A stretch of 64,000 nt of DNA, from positions 544,001 through 608,000 of the forward strand of contig CAXXUK010000002.1 of assembly GCA_963665125.2 (NCBI GenBank), in the 5' to 3' direction. The notes under the pieces were generated by a model. It did no database searches. It was not told where the DNA came from and was given only the letters and a program-made list of their open reading frames with translations. The stretch is from an uncultured Desulfarculus sp. (GTDB lineage Bacteria > Desulfobacterota > Desulfarculia > Desulfarculales > Desulfarculaceae). Position 1 is the stretch's first letter. Each line of letters opens with the position of its first letter. Positions 38,544-49,043 of this stretch are shown here, in pieces. The position numbers and the translations under genes were made by a program.

Positions 38544-39665
38544 ATGGACGATTCAATGGTGATTTGGCTGTACGGCTCAACGGAAAGCAGAAACCGGGCC
38601 GGGGAACTTCGCCTGGCCTTGGAAAAAAAGGCCCGCTGCCTGTTCCTGGGCCCTCCGGGCGATCCTCCGCCGGATCTGGACCTTGGCCCGGAGCCGGATT
38701 TGTCCTTGGCCCTGGCGACATGCCCGGACGGCCTGCGGCCCTCCGCGGTGATTATGCTCGATGGTTTGGATGATGTAGGCGGCGACGCGCTGCCGTGCCC
38801 GGTCATTGCCTGGGAAGGTTCGGTGCGGGACGTAATCGATGCCGTCCAAGACAAATTGGAAAATGGCCCGGATCTGCCCTGGCTGGAGCATGTGCAGGTG
38901 AACATGCCCCTGCGGGATCTGCTGGGGACTTACCGCGGCCTGGTCGAGGGCAGCACGGTCAATTTGGAAATCGGATTCGACGCCGAGGCCCTGGACTCCT
39001 TTGGCCCGGACGAGATCGCCCAGGCCAAGGCCCTGATCAGTGGCCGGAGGATCACGGCCCATCTGCCGTTCATCGATCTGGTTCCGGCCTCGACCGATCC
39101 CCTGGTGGCCGCCGTGGCCGCCAAGCGCCTGGGCGCGGCCGCCGAGTTGGCCGTGGAGTTCGGCGCCGTGCAGGCCGTGGGCCATCTGGGCTATTCCGAG
39201 GTCATGCACCGTGACTTGGAGGCATTTGCCGGGCTTTTCGCCGCCGCACTTACCCCCATCGCCCAAACCCTTGACGCGGGCGGCTGTCGTTTGTGCCTGG
39301 AAAACACCCTGGAGCTTTTTACCGCGCCCCTGGTGGGTTGCCGCCGGGCCTTGGCCAAGGCCTCGGGCCTGGCCATCGGTTTCTGCCTGGATACGGGTCA
39401 TGCGGTGAGCTTTTCCCGCACGCCCCTGGCCCAATGGTGGCATGCCTTTGCCCCGGATATCTGGGAGATGCATCTGCACGACAACGACGGCAGCGACGAC
39501 CTGCACCATCCGCCGGGCAGCGGCATAGTGGATTGGAGCTTCATCGCCGCCAAGCTGGCCGAATTGCCCCGTCTGCCGGTACTCACCCTGGAGCCGCACA
39601 CCGAGGCCCATTTCTGGGCGTCGCTGAGGGGCTTGGAGCGGGTGTGGGGCAGGCCGGGCCGTTGA
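38544..39665 (+). CDS. Sugar-phosphate isomerase/epimerase (AP endonuclease 2 TIM barrel) with N-terminal extension
   Basis: HLPF.DL, LCLEN, CLDTGH, HLHDNDGSDDLH and TLEPH. Confidence 0.82.
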   Translation: MDDSMVIWLYGSTESRNRAGELRLALEKKARCLFLGPPGDPPPDLDLGPEPDLSLALATCPDGLRPSAVIMLDGLDDVGGDALPCPVIAWEGSVRDVIDAVQDKLENGPDLPWLEHVQVNMPLRDLLGTYRGLVEGSTVNLEIGFDAEALDSFGPDEIAQAKALISGRRITAHLPFIDLVPASTDPLVAAVAAKRLGAAAELAVEFGAVQAVGHLGYSEVMHRDLEAFAGLFAAALTPIAQTLDAGGCRLCLENTLELFTAPLVGCRRALAKASGLAIGFCLDTGHAVSFSRTPLAQWWHAFAPDIWEMHLHDNDGSDDLHHPPGSGIVDWSFIAAKLAELPRLPVLTLEPHTEAHFWASLRGLERVWGRPGR

Positions 39666-39722
39666 CGGCGGGGCCGGGCGGCCTAGTGTTGAATAGGCGG
39701 CAATAGTTGTCCGGAGGTTTGT

Positions 39723-40238
39723 TTGAGAGACTGGCGGCAAATAGTGGCAATGGTGTTGGCCGTGGCGGCGGGTGCGGCCCTTTTGGGCCTGGGCTACTGG
39801 TACGGCAGCGTAAGTTGCGGCCAAAGACTGGAGCAGGCCAAGGCCGACGCCGACCGCTTCAACCGCGAGGCGGCCAATCAAAAGGCCATAAACGCCAGGC
39901 TGCTGACTGAAATGGACCAGTTGCGCCAGGCCATGACAGCCACCAAGGCCAAGCCGACCCCAGACGCGGGCCAGGAGTTCGAGGACATAAAGGGCCGGGT
40001 CTTGCGGCGGGGTGAGGCGGCCCTGCTCTTGGGCGGCGATCTCATCGTCACCCTGGAAGCCATCGCCGACTATCCGCCAAGGGCCAGATTGCGTCTGCAA
40101 GACGCCGAGGGCCGCCGGGGCGTGGCCGTGCTGGAGCCGGGCGGCGAGGCCAAGATAAAGGCGGCAGGCCGGACCTACCGGTTGATCCTCAAGAAAGTGA
40201 CCACCGGATCGGTCATCATCGCCCTGTTGGCAGGCTGA
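39723..40238 (+). CDS. Hypothetical membrane-anchored protein
   Basis: GGAGG-TTG start; N-terminal TM, coiled coil, small beta-rich domain. Confidence 0.6.
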   Translation: MRDWRQIVAMVLAVAAGAALLGLGYWYGSVSCGQRLEQAKADADRFNREAANQKAINARLLTEMDQLRQAMTATKAKPTPDAGQEFEDIKGRVLRRGEAALLLGGDLIVTLEAIADYPPRARLRLQDAEGRRGVAVLEPGGEAKIKAAGRTYRLILKKVTTGSVIIALLAG

Positions 40239-40242
40239 GGTT

Positions 40243-40506
40243 TTATTCCTCGCCGATTTTCAGATCTTCGCCGCTGATAATGGTTTCGTCCTTTTTCCAG
40301 GAAAATTCGATGGACAGTTTTTCCTTTTCCTTTTTCTGGGATACCTCCATCTCGAAATCAACAATACCGTCGGGCACCAGGGTTATGGCGTCGGCACCCA
40401 CGGCAATGTGCAGCTTGCCCTGCTTGAGGGAGGCCAACAGGTCCTCCAGATAGCCGCAGGCCTTGTTCAGCTCCATCAGTCCGTCGATCTTTATTTTCTT
40501 GCTCAT
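40243..40506 (-). CDS. Amphi-Trp domain protein
   Basis: YLEDLLASLKQG...LVP...KEKLSIEFSW signature. Confidence 0.8.
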   Translation of the reverse strand: MSKKIKIDGLMELNKACGYLEDLLASLKQGKLHIAVGADAITLVPDGIVDFEMEVSQKKEKEKLSIEFSWKKDETIISGEDLKIGEE

Positions 40507-40563
40507 CGGTTTTTAATCTCCCCAAGCCCGGGCCGCCCCTTGGGTTCCCGGGTATTGCAAAGT

Positions 40564-41805
40564 CTAGAATATCGCCAGAAACTCGTTGTTATCGCCGCGC
40601 ACGCCAAGCAGGCCCCCGCCCGCGGAGGCAAGTGATGCGGCCAGCAGGTCCATGGGGCCGGCCTTGCCTAGCTTGAGTTTATCGGGCAGTCCACCGCCCC
40701 AAATGCGGAGTTGGCAGCCGCCGTCGGGCTGGGTGCCGATGCTCAGTTGCAAGGGAGCGAGCCGGGGCTCCTCGGCCTGCTCGTCAGGCGTTTCTTCGAC
40801 CGCGTGCTCGTCCGCGTCGTGGTCCTTTTTCTTGTTTTTCTTTTCTTTCTTTTTGGCCTTTTCGGCGTCCTTGGCCGGGTCCGACGACCAGCCCAGGCAG
40901 ATCAAGGCCCAGGCCGCGGCCAGGGCCCTGCCGATACTCAGACCGTCCGTGTCGATTTCCAGCTCCACCTCTGCTTCGGGCAGGGTGGCCGGAACGGCCC
41001 CGGCCAGCAGCCTGCACAGACCGGCGGAGTCCAAACGGTCGCTGCCGAGCAGATCGGCCTCGGCCTCCAATAGGCCCAGGAACTCGTCCTTTGCTCCGGC
41101 GGCCAGCCTTTCCTTTTTGCCCTGGGGCACCGGCGTACCGGCCGGACCGGCCAGCAACTCGGCGGCCAGCCGGGCCGTTAGCCCTTCCAGGGCCCAGGCC
41201 CTGGCCGGAGCGGAAGCCTGGTGCGGCGCTGGTTGGGGCTCCTTTTCAACCTCGACGATGCGCTCGATTATCACCGGCTCGGCCTCTTTGACGATCTCCA
41301 CGATGCGCTCGACCACTTCGGGCTCGGGCGGCGGCGGGGCCGGAAGTTCCAGGGTCGCGAAAAAGTAGCCTTCATCGAGCCCGGCGGCCTTGCCGAAAAA
41401 GCGGTTTATGACGATGTCCAGGCTGTCTCCGGCGGGGGTGATCAAGGTGCTGGGGTAGGTCTTGTTTTGCGAAGTCTTCACCTTGCGGCGGCCCAGGTTC
41501 TGGTCGCTGGCGCTGCCGAAGATATCTCGCCAGTTTTTCTTCGCCAAACCGGTCTGATCCAGGCCGCTGAGTTCGAAAAAGGCCGGATTGGCCCAGAGCA
41601 TTTCACCCAGCAGCGAGGCCACGCACACCGGCGCGGGCAGGTTTTCCAGGACCTCGGCCCGGCTCCAGCGGGGCTCGCTCTGGCCCAGAAAATCCAACAC
41701 ATCATCAGCTTGGCCGTTTTGGGGCTGGTCGGCGGCGGGCTGACCGTCTTCCCCGTCCTTGAGCCAAGTCAGTGGATCGGATCCCAAACGTTTGTCTTTG
41801 GTCAT
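40564..41805 (-). CDS. PAS-like domain protein, ParA partner candidate
   Basis: ATG overlaps the parA stop; N-terminal KRLGSDPLTWL peptide; PAS-like LENLPAPV...WANPAFFELSG; E/V/I-rich linker. Confidence 0.65.
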   Translation of the reverse strand: MTKDKRLGSDPLTWLKDGEDGQPAADQPQNGQADDVLDFLGQSEPRWSRAEVLENLPAPVCVASLLGEMLWANPAFFELSGLDQTGLAKKNWRDIFGSASDQNLGRRKVKTSQNKTYPSTLITPAGDSLDIVINRFFGKAAGLDEGYFFATLELPAPPPPEPEVVERIVEIVKEAEPVIIERIVEVEKEPQPAPHQASAPARAWALEGLTARLAAELLAGPAGTPVPQGKKERLAAGAKDEFLGLLEAEADLLGSDRLDSAGLCRLLAGAVPATLPEAEVELEIDTDGLSIGRALAAAWALICLGWSSDPAKDAEKAKKKEKKNKKKDHDADEHAVEETPDEQAEEPRLAPLQLSIGTQPDGGCQLRIWGGGLPDKLKLGKAGPMDLLAASLASAGGGLLGVRGDNNEFLAIF

Positions 41806-42557
41806 GAGCCCATCCTCCCGTCTATCTCCCGGCAAAGGCCGCCGAAGTCCTGGGCCCCGATGCTCCTTTTGCGGTAGGAGAAGATATCCTTGCCAAAACT
41901 GGGGGCCTCGGCCAGGGCCACGTTGTCCCTGACGCGGGTGCTGAAAACCATGTCACCGAAATAGTCTCCCAGCTTTGAGGCCACTTCCTGGCTCAGGCGC
42001 TTGCGGCCGTCAAAGCGGTTGATGACGATGCCGCCTATATCCAGGCCGGGGTTGAAGCGTTTTTTTACGGCGCTGACGGTCTCCAGAAGCTTGCTCAGGC
42101 TTTGCAGGGCCAAGTACTCGGCCTGCAAGGGGATTATCACCCGGTCGGAGGCCGTCAAGGCGTTGATGGACAGGATGCCCAGGTTTGGCGGGCAGTCCAG
42201 CAGGATGTAGTCATAGCCGTCGGCATTGCCGAGGGCCTGACGCAGGCGGAATTCCTTTTGGGGCATGCCGCCCAATTCAACCTCGCCGGCGGCCAGGCGT
42301 AGCGACCCGGCAATCACATCCATGTCATGGGCCCGGCTCATGGCCTGGTTGAGTCCGGCCCGGCCCAGCAGCAGTTCATGGGATGTAGTTTGACCGTCCT
42401 GCATATACAGTCCCAGGGCGGTGGTCAGGTGGGCCTGGGCGTCAAGGTCGACGAGTAGAATTCGTTTGCCCATCTCCCGGAGGCCGGCGGCGATATTTAC
42501 GGTGCAGGTGGTTTTGCCCACCCCGCCTTTTTGATTGAGTATCGCAATGGTCGGCAT
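41802..42557 (-). CDS. ParA/Soj family ATPase (orphan)
   Basis: NQKGGVGKTT, VDLDAQAHLT, LLDCPP and VALAEAPSFG. Confidence 0.93.
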   Translation of the reverse strand: MPTIAILNQKGGVGKTTCTVNIAAGLREMGKRILLVDLDAQAHLTTALGLYMQDGQTTSHELLLGRAGLNQAMSRAHDMDVIAGSLRLAAGEVELGGMPQKEFRLRQALGNADGYDYILLDCPPNLGILSINALTASDRVIIPLQAEYLALQSLSKLLETVSAVKKRFNPGLDIGGIVINRFDGRKRLSQEVASKLGDYFGDMVFSTRVRDNVALAEAPSFGKDIFSYRKRSIGAQDFGGLCREIDGRMGS

Positions 42558-42832
42558 GGTGTTTTTCCGATTATCCGTCTGTTAAACCCATGGAACGCCA
42601 ACTCCAAATGGATAATTGTTAACCTATTAAAACATCAATATGATTTCGCCATTGTTACATTTTTGTAGCAATGGCATGGCAAGCAGGGCTTGAAAGGATC
42701 GAGCCGGTTTTGCCATTATTATGGACCGGATCATTCATCTTGCTGATGAACTGCCGAGGGGTGGGGACAACCCGCTGATCTTGGGGAAAAACAAGCGCCA
42801 CAACAGCCACACGCCATTAAAAGGGGAAACAC

Positions 42833-44098
42833 ATGCTCATTGAATACTTGATCGCGCTGGGCTCTTTGGTTGTAATTGCGGTAATCGTGCTGGGCCTGGG
42901 CTGGATTGCCTTTAAAAACACCCTGGGCTACAGAGTGGTTCTGCGCCTGTCTCCGGGATTAGTGATCACCTACGCCAACTCATACCTTTGGGGCAAGTTT
43001 GGGATCGGCAATATCGGCATGACAGTGCTGATCCTCGGCATCGGCGGCTTGATCATATTGGCCTGCGTATATTGGGCCCACCGGGCATTGGTGATGCCGA
43101 TGCTGAAAGACGCCAACAACATGGGCGTGGCCTCCGAAAGGCTCAACGAGGCCGTAAAGGTCATTTCCCGGGCATCGAGCCAGCTGGCCGAGGGATCGTC
43201 GTCCCAGGCGGCTTCCCTGGAGCAGTCGTCGTCCTCCTTGGAGGAAATGGCCTCCATGACCCGCAACAACGCCGACAACGCGGCCCAAGCCGATACCCTA
43301 ATGTCCGAGACCCGCACGACAATGGAGCGGGCAGTGCAGTCCATGGATCAACTCAACGGCTCGATGAAGGACATCGCCACGGCCAGTGAAGAGACCTCTA
43401 AAATCATCAAGACCATTGACGAGATCGCTTTTCAGACCAACCTGTTGGCCCTCAATGCCGCGGTGGAGGCGGCCAGGGCGGGAGAGGCCGGAGCCGGTTT
43501 CGCCGTGGTGGCCGACGAGGTCCGGGCCCTGGCCATGCGGGCCGCCGAGGCGGCCAAGAACACGGCCGCGCTTATAGAGGGCACGGTGAGCAAGGTCGGC
43601 GACGGCGTCAAGCTGGTTAACACCACCGGCGAGGTGTTCGAGGAAGTCGCGGGTAACTCCGTCAAGGTGGCTGAACTTATTTCGGAAATAGCCATGGCCT
43701 CCCGGGAGCAGTCCCAGGGCATCGACCAGATAAACGGCGCGGTCACCCAGATGGACAAGGCCACCCAGACCGCGGCTGCCAATGCCCAGGAATCCGCCGC
43801 CGCAGCATCCGATATGGATGTGCTCTGCGGCCGGATGGACAACATGGTCAGAACGGTGATAGCCGGTTTGGGCGGCAAGGTGCACGGCAATGGCAATGGC
43901 CATGCGGACATGGATGATTGGGTTGCCGGTTCCCGTCAATCCGCGCGACCGGTGAGCGCCGCCCCGGCCAGGCTGCCGGCGGTCCGGCCGGCCAAGGGCG
44001 TTCCCGCCTCCAGGCGTATCGAGCAGAAAAGCAAGACCGAACCCAAACCCGAGGACGTGATCCCCTTTGACGACGAGGGTGATTTCACCGACTTTTAG
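42833..44098 (+). CDS. Methyl-accepting chemotaxis protein with short membrane N-terminus and C-terminal pentapeptide
   Basis: [34 protein letters not shown]; ends DFTDF, resembling a CheR/CheB tethering pentapeptide. Confidence 0.92.
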   Translation: MLIEYLIALGSLVVIAVIVLGLGWIAFKNTLGYRVVLRLSPGLVITYANSYLWGKFGIGNIGMTVLILGIGGLIILACVYWAHRALVMPMLKDANNMGVASERLNEAVKVISRASSQLAEGSSSQAASLEQSSSSLEEMASMTRNNADNAAQADTLMSETRTTMERAVQSMDQLNGSMKDIATASEETSKIIKTIDEIAFQTNLLALNAAVEAARAGEAGAGFAVVADEVRALAMRAAEAAKNTAALIEGTVSKVGDGVKLVNTTGEVFEEVAGNSVKVAELISEIAMASREQSQGIDQINGAVTQMDKATQTAAANAQESAAAASDMDVLCGRMDNMVRTVIAGLGGKVHGNGNGHADMDDWVAGSRQSARPVSAAPARLPAVRPAKGVPASRRIEQKSKTEPKPEDVIPFDDEGDFTDF

Positions 44099-44315
44099 CC
44101 CGGCGCCTTTGATGACCCTCCAGTCTGAAAATCCCCTGGGCCTTGTAAAGGCCTGGGGGAATCATTTATCCTGTAAGAGCCTGCCCTGATTGCTCGTCAC
44201 ATAGCTGTAAAGCAATCTTCATCCTGCTGTGATGGCTGTTAGTTGATTTTGCGCTAGTCTTCGTCCATGCCTTTTGGGTGAACTTCTGTGGCCGTCACCA
44301 GCAAAAGGAAAAGCA

Positions 44316-44564
44316 ATGCATACTCAAAACTCTGAAAAATGGCTGGCCCTGCACGGTGAAAAAATGATCGATTGTCCATACCAACCGGGTAACCTGCGTT
44401 TGAGCGCTTCATCCTGCGCCAAACGTTTCGCCTGCGCGCATTCCAAACGCTACAGCAAGCTTTCCGGCGACTCACCGCAACTGCTGGCCTTTAAAATGAA
44501 TCTGACCTATTGCCGAAATTGCAAAATCGGCGCTTCGCTGGTTCCACCCGACGAGGCCGCATGA
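44316..44564 (+). CDS. Small Cys-containing hypothetical protein
   Basis: AAGGA RBS; 82 aa with CPY...C..RF.C...YCRNCKIG, possibly metal-binding. Confidence 0.55.
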   Translation: MHTQNSEKWLALHGEKMIDCPYQPGNLRLSASSCAKRFACAHSKRYSKLSGDSPQLLAFKMNLTYCRNCKIGASLVPPDEAA

Positions 44565-44709
44565 CATAGCTTCTTCCGACCCTCTCCCTTGCCCTGTAGG
44601 GCTCCCGTGGCTGGTCCAGCTTCCGGCCGCGGGATTTTTTTTTGACAACACGGTCAGAAAGGAACAACATATTAAGTTGTGTCTAAATCACTGTCCATGG
44701 GGGTGTCTC

Positions 44710-45588
44710 ATGAAAAAGTTGTTTGCCCTTTTTGTGTTGTTTGCGTCAACCTTCGCCTTTGCCGGAGCGGCAAAAGCCGATAGACTCGCCGTGGCGGTGA
44801 GCATCGTGCCGGAAGCCTATTTCGCTTCACAGGTAGGCGGCGACAGGGTGGATGTGCACACCCTGGTCGCGCCGGGCCAGTCTCCCCATACCTTTGAGCC
44901 CACGGCCCGGCAGATGTCCGATCTGGCCAAGGCCAAAATCTATTTCACCATAGGCATGCCCTTTGAGGCCCATCTGGTGCCCAAGATAAAGGCCGGCAAC
45001 GCCGGCATTATGATCGTTGACGTGCGCAAGGGTGTGCATATGCGGCATATGGACAAGCCCGGTCAGCAACACCAAGACCAAGAAGACGGTCACGGCCATG
45101 GCGAGTTGGACCCGCATATCTGGATGAGCCCCAGGATCGCCTCGCTGATCGCCGGAGAAATGGCCGAGGCCCTGATCCAAGCCGATCCGGCCGGGGCGCA
45201 AGAGTACAAGGCCAACCTCAAGGGCCTGCAAGAGCGCCTTGGCGCCCTGGACAAGGAGATCGGCCGGGTGTTGGATCCGCTAAGGGGCAGGGAAGTCTTT
45301 GTATTTCATCCGGCCTTCGGCTATCTTTTGGATGAATACGGCCTCAAGCAGGTGCCCATCGAGAGCATGGGCAAGTCGCCCGGCCCCAGGCGTTTGGCCC
45401 TTTTGGTACACGATGCCAAACAGCGCGGGGTCAAGGTGATATTCGTCCAGCCCCAGTTCCCCCAAAAGAGCGCCCAGGCCATTGCCCAGGCCATTGGCGG
45501 AGCCGTGGTGCCCCTGGACCCCCTGGCCCCGGACTACATAAAAAACTTGCGGGACATGGCCGGACAGATAGCAGGCGCGGCCCGCTAA
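44710..45588 (+). CDS. Zn/Mn ABC transporter substrate-binding protein (ZnuA-like)
   Basis: Signal peptide, SPHTFEPT, His-rich loop, DPHIWMSP, FHPAFGY and LDPLA. Confidence 0.92.
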   Translation: MKKLFALFVLFASTFAFAGAAKADRLAVAVSIVPEAYFASQVGGDRVDVHTLVAPGQSPHTFEPTARQMSDLAKAKIYFTIGMPFEAHLVPKIKAGNAGIMIVDVRKGVHMRHMDKPGQQHQDQEDGHGHGELDPHIWMSPRIASLIAGEMAEALIQADPAGAQEYKANLKGLQERLGALDKEIGRVLDPLRGREVFVFHPAFGYLLDEYGLKQVPIESMGKSPGPRRLALLVHDAKQRGVKVIFVQPQFPQKSAQAIAQAIGGAVVPLDPLAPDYIKNLRDMAGQIAGAAR

Positions 45589-45594
45589 CGGCAT

Positions 45595-46587
45595 TTGGAG
45601 AGGCCCTTGTCTTCCTTTTGGGCTGAAATGCAGGTATTCGCCTCCATCGCCTCGGCGATCTTTCTGGAGGCGGCGCCCTTTTTGCTGCTGGGCTCGGTAG
45701 TGGCGGCGGCCTTCGAGGTCTTCGCCCCGCCGGACGCCCTGGGCCGGGTTTTGGGCGGCGGGCGGGTCCGGGGCGTGGCCGTGGGCCTTTTCGCCGGGCT
45801 GGTGCTGCCCACCTGCGAATGCGGCGTGGTGCCCATCACCAGGCGGTTGTTGGCCAAGGGCGTGCCGCCGCACACGGCCATCACCTACATGCTGGCCGCG
45901 CCGGTGATCAACCCGGTGGTGCTTCTTAGTACCTGGGTGGCCTTCCGGGGCGACTGGCCCATTGTGGTGTGGCGGGTGATCCTGGTGGCGCTGCCAGCGG
46001 TGGTGGTGGGCTACAGTCTGGGCCGCCTGCCCGGAGCGGCTATTTTAAAACCCGGCGCCGTCTCGAGCCCGGCGGCGTGCTCCTGCGGCCACGACCACGG
46101 AGCGAGCCTGGTGCAAATCCAAGACGGCACCTCGTGTTCCTGCGGCCATGACAACGGGCCGTTGATCGCCTCCAGCCCCAGGGCCAAGCTGTTGGCCCTG
46201 GTCAGCCATACGGCCGATGAATTCATGTCCATGAGCAAATACCTGATCCTGGGCTGCCTGGCCGCTGCCGCAGTGAAGGCCTTCATGCCTTCGAGTGTGC
46301 TGCAAGCCTTTAGCGGCAATCCCGTGGCGGCGGTCTTGGCCATGATGGCCCTGGCCATCGGCCTTTCGGTGTGCTCGGAGGCCGACGCATTCGTGGCCGC
46401 CTCGCTGACCACCTTCCCGGCGACGGCCCAGCTTGCCTTTCTGGCCATCGGGCCCATGGTGGACCTTAAACTCATCGCCATGTTCCAGGCGACCTTCCAT
46501 CCGCGGGTCACCCTGGTGCTGATAATCGTACCCATATTGATGGTGGCCATGATGTGCATCGCCCTGGGGGTGGGTCTTGGCTGGTAG
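45595..46587 (+). CDS. DUF318/ArsP_1 predicted permease
   Basis: LEAAPFLLLG, PTCECGVVP, AAPVINP, SVCSEADAF and GPMVDLK; CSCGHDH loop. Confidence 0.88.
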   Translation: MERPLSSFWAEMQVFASIASAIFLEAAPFLLLGSVVAAAFEVFAPPDALGRVLGGGRVRGVAVGLFAGLVLPTCECGVVPITRRLLAKGVPPHTAITYMLAAPVINPVVLLSTWVAFRGDWPIVVWRVILVALPAVVVGYSLGRLPGAAILKPGAVSSPAACSCGHDHGASLVQIQDGTSCSCGHDNGPLIASSPRAKLLALVSHTADEFMSMSKYLILGCLAAAAVKAFMPSSVLQAFSGNPVAAVLAMMALAIGLSVCSEADAFVAASLTTFPATAQLAFLAIGPMVDLKLIAMFQATFHPRVTLVLIIVPILMVAMMCIALGVGLGW

Positions 46588-47344
46588 CTTGATGCAAAGG
46601 ATCGCCGCCCTGACCGAGGGACTGGCCCTGACGGCCCTGGGCGGGGCCATGCTCTGGTTCGGCCTGAGCGAAGACTATTGGGTCTTGATGAACCCCAAGT
46701 TCAGTTGGCTGACGATCACGGCAGGGGCAATCCTCACCGGCTTGGGCGTCCTGGCCCTGGTCATGGGCACTCGCCGGGGAGTGTGGGGGCGCATTTGCCT
46801 GTTGACCGTGATGGTCACCATGATCGCCGTGGTGGACCACGCCGCCCTGCTGGGGCCGGTGGGCGCCGGAAATCCCGCCCCCACCAGCAAAACGGATCCG
46901 TCCCGCCTGGAATGGCAAGGCCGTGAGTACATCAAGATCAACGCCATGGAGCTGTTCACCCTGGCCGAAAAGGGCAACCCGGCCGACATTGGTCAACACT
47001 ATGTTTGGCGTGCCGTGGCCCGGCAGGCGCCCGGACTGGGACCGGGGCGGTTCGTGGCCCTGCGCACCAGCGTATTCTGTTGCCTGGCCGATGCCGTGGC
47101 CATGGGGTTCGTGGTCCGGACAACCGGGCCGGTTCCGGCCGACGGCCAATGGGTCAAGCTCTGGGGCAAGCTGCAAAAGACCCCGACCCCCATCGAAGGC
47201 ACGGGCCTGGTGCAGACCAAGGGCGTGTTCATGAGCGTGGCCAGCAGCGACTGGGTGTTCGCCGCCGACCGCGTGGAGGCCATCGCCACGCCCGAGGTGC
47301 CTTTCTGTTTTGTCTTCAATCAGAAAGAGCCCTTTGCCTACTAA
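46577..47344 (+). CDS. DUF1980/TIGR03943-like membrane protein
   Basis: N-terminal TMs, FCCLADA motif and WVKLWGKL; this family is the usual partner of DUF318 permeases. Confidence 0.75.
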   Translation: MAGSLMQRIAALTEGLALTALGGAMLWFGLSEDYWVLMNPKFSWLTITAGAILTGLGVLALVMGTRRGVWGRICLLTVMVTMIAVVDHAALLGPVGAGNPAPTSKTDPSRLEWQGREYIKINAMELFTLAEKGNPADIGQHYVWRAVARQAPGLGPGRFVALRTSVFCCLADAVAMGFVVRTTGPVPADGQWVKLWGKLQKTPTPIEGTGLVQTKGVFMSVASSDWVFAADRVEAIATPEVPFCFVFNQKEPFAY

Positions 47345-47415
47345 AATGCTTTTATTACAGGTTGTTTGAGGAAGTTTGGCCCGCCTTTGGCTTGGCCCTG
47401 CCTTGCCGGGTGGGC

Positions 47416-47604
47416 TCAGACGCGTTGGGATATGATCGCCTTGGTGGTCAGTTCCAGCACGTCGTCCAGACCGGTGGTCTGTTTCGGCGTTGCCAGGGGA
47501 GTGCCCGCGGCCACCTTGACCAAAGTCAGATACAGCTTGGCCGGGGTGACGACATTGCCGGGGCTGTCGGTGGGCGGTGGGGCCGTATGAATCACCAGAG
47601 ACAT
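47416..47604 (-). CDS. Possible small hypothetical protein
   Basis: 62-aa ORF with host-like GC3 bias filling an intergenic gap; no recognisable motif. Confidence 0.3.
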   Translation of the reverse strand: MSLVIHTAPPPTDSPGNVVTPAKLYLTLVKVAAGTPLATPKQTTGLDDVLELTTKAIISQRV

Positions 47605-47867
47605 ATAAGCAGTTTCCCGCGTATGTTGCCACGCATGGCGGCAGGTAAAATAAACCTTCCGTGGAGTGGCTGACCCGCCGTCATCGGCAGGCCATATTGG
47701 ATAATTACAGTTTATTATGGCCGAAATGGGCTGTCAATCGCTTGCCGACGGCACCATTTTTTCCATCGATTCATGGTTTGAAACAAATCATCCGGCTATG
47801 CTTAACACTGTAAGAATTGGTCTGGGTTGCGGCGGCATGGTCCCGGACATGGAAAAGGCTTGGCCAA

Positions 47868-48692
47868 ATGGATGACATGAGATTCAGGCTGCGAATTTTT
47901 CTCGCCATTACCATTGGAGTTATGGCCATCGGTGTGTTGGGCTTGATGTATACCGAAGGCCTTGGCCTTGGTGAAGCGCTATATTTCAGCATAGTAACGC
48001 TGACAACCGTGGGTTATGGCGATATCTCACCGCATACCGCCATGGGCCGGTTTTTGGCGGTGGTCATGATCCTCGCCGGTGTGGGCGCCTTCATGGGTGT
48101 GGTGGCCAACGTAACCGAGATGCTGTTGAGCCGCAGAGAGCAAGACATCCGTTCGGGCAAGACCCATATGGTGACGAGTATATTCTTCAGTGAACTGGGC
48201 AACGAGTTGCTGCGGTTGTGCGCCGCCTCGGATGTGAACCCAGGGCAGTTGGAAAAGTTCGTTGGTGTTGACGGAAAGTGGGGCAAGGATGAATTCAGAA
48301 CCCTGCGCCGCTCCCTGTTGGGTCATGATTTCAAGGTTGATATGTCCAAGATTGATTTGCCCAAGGCGCGGCAAATGCTCAGGGCAAACAGCGAGCTGCT
48401 CTTACGCCTTTTGGAAAATCCCTTCATGCTGGAAAATGAAAAATTCAGCGCCGTATTGCTGGCAGTGTTTCATTTGCGCGATGAGTTGACCCACCGTCCG
48501 GATCTCAATGACTTGCCCCAATCCGACTTGGCCCATCTGGCGATGGATTTCAGCCGCGTATACACCCTGTTGACCGAACACTGGCTGGGTTATGTTCAGT
48601 ATCTTGCCGCCAACTATCCGTATTTATACTTTATGGCCGTAAGATCGAACCCCTTTTGCCCTGGACCCGTGGATGTTGTGGTGCGCGGCTAA
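47868..48692 (+). CDS. Potassium channel family protein (2-TM pore)
   Basis: YFSIVTLTTVGYGD selectivity filter. Confidence 0.9.
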   Translation: MDDMRFRLRIFLAITIGVMAIGVLGLMYTEGLGLGEALYFSIVTLTTVGYGDISPHTAMGRFLAVVMILAGVGAFMGVVANVTEMLLSRREQDIRSGKTHMVTSIFFSELGNELLRLCAASDVNPGQLEKFVGVDGKWGKDEFRTLRRSLLGHDFKVDMSKIDLPKARQMLRANSELLLRLLENPFMLENEKFSAVLLAVFHLRDELTHRPDLNDLPQSDLAHLAMDFSRVYTLLTEHWLGYVQYLAANYPYLYFMAVRSNPFCPGPVDVVVRG

Positions 48693-48759
48693 GCCGGGAC
48701 TCCGGTGATTGTCGGGCCTCTGGCCCATGCTCCCGTCTTGGTAGGGACAAGCATTGTGC

Positions 48760-49043
48760 GCCTTCGGCGGCCGGAGGTGATTCTCCGCTTTATAAATATC
48801 AAAAGCTCGTCGACTGCTATTTCTTGTTTATCGGCCCGTCCTTGGGCCAAGGTGCGGCGCCCCGGACGGAATAAATGCGATCCGGGGTTTACGGCGCATG
48901 GCTTCGCGCTGCGCCGGGCTGGCCGTCCTGGCCAGCCGATTCGTAAAGCAAAGGTGTTGCTATTGCGAAGTGAACAGCCGGGGCCACAGGTGTTTTTTGA
49001 GGCTCTGAGCGCTGCCCGCGATTTGGGAGCCCAAACATTGGGC
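48760..49043 (+). repeat. Composite intergenic repeat cluster (C-A-B)
   Basis: GCCTTCGGCGGCC...AAAGCTCG (module C), module A at ~48831-48937 and module B at ~48978-49043. Confidence 0.85.

Noticed and set aside
42560..42832. c-di-GMP riboswitch or sigma54 promoter upstream of the MCP
   Set aside because: I could not identify a GEMM consensus or a correctly spaced GG-N10-GC motif by eye.
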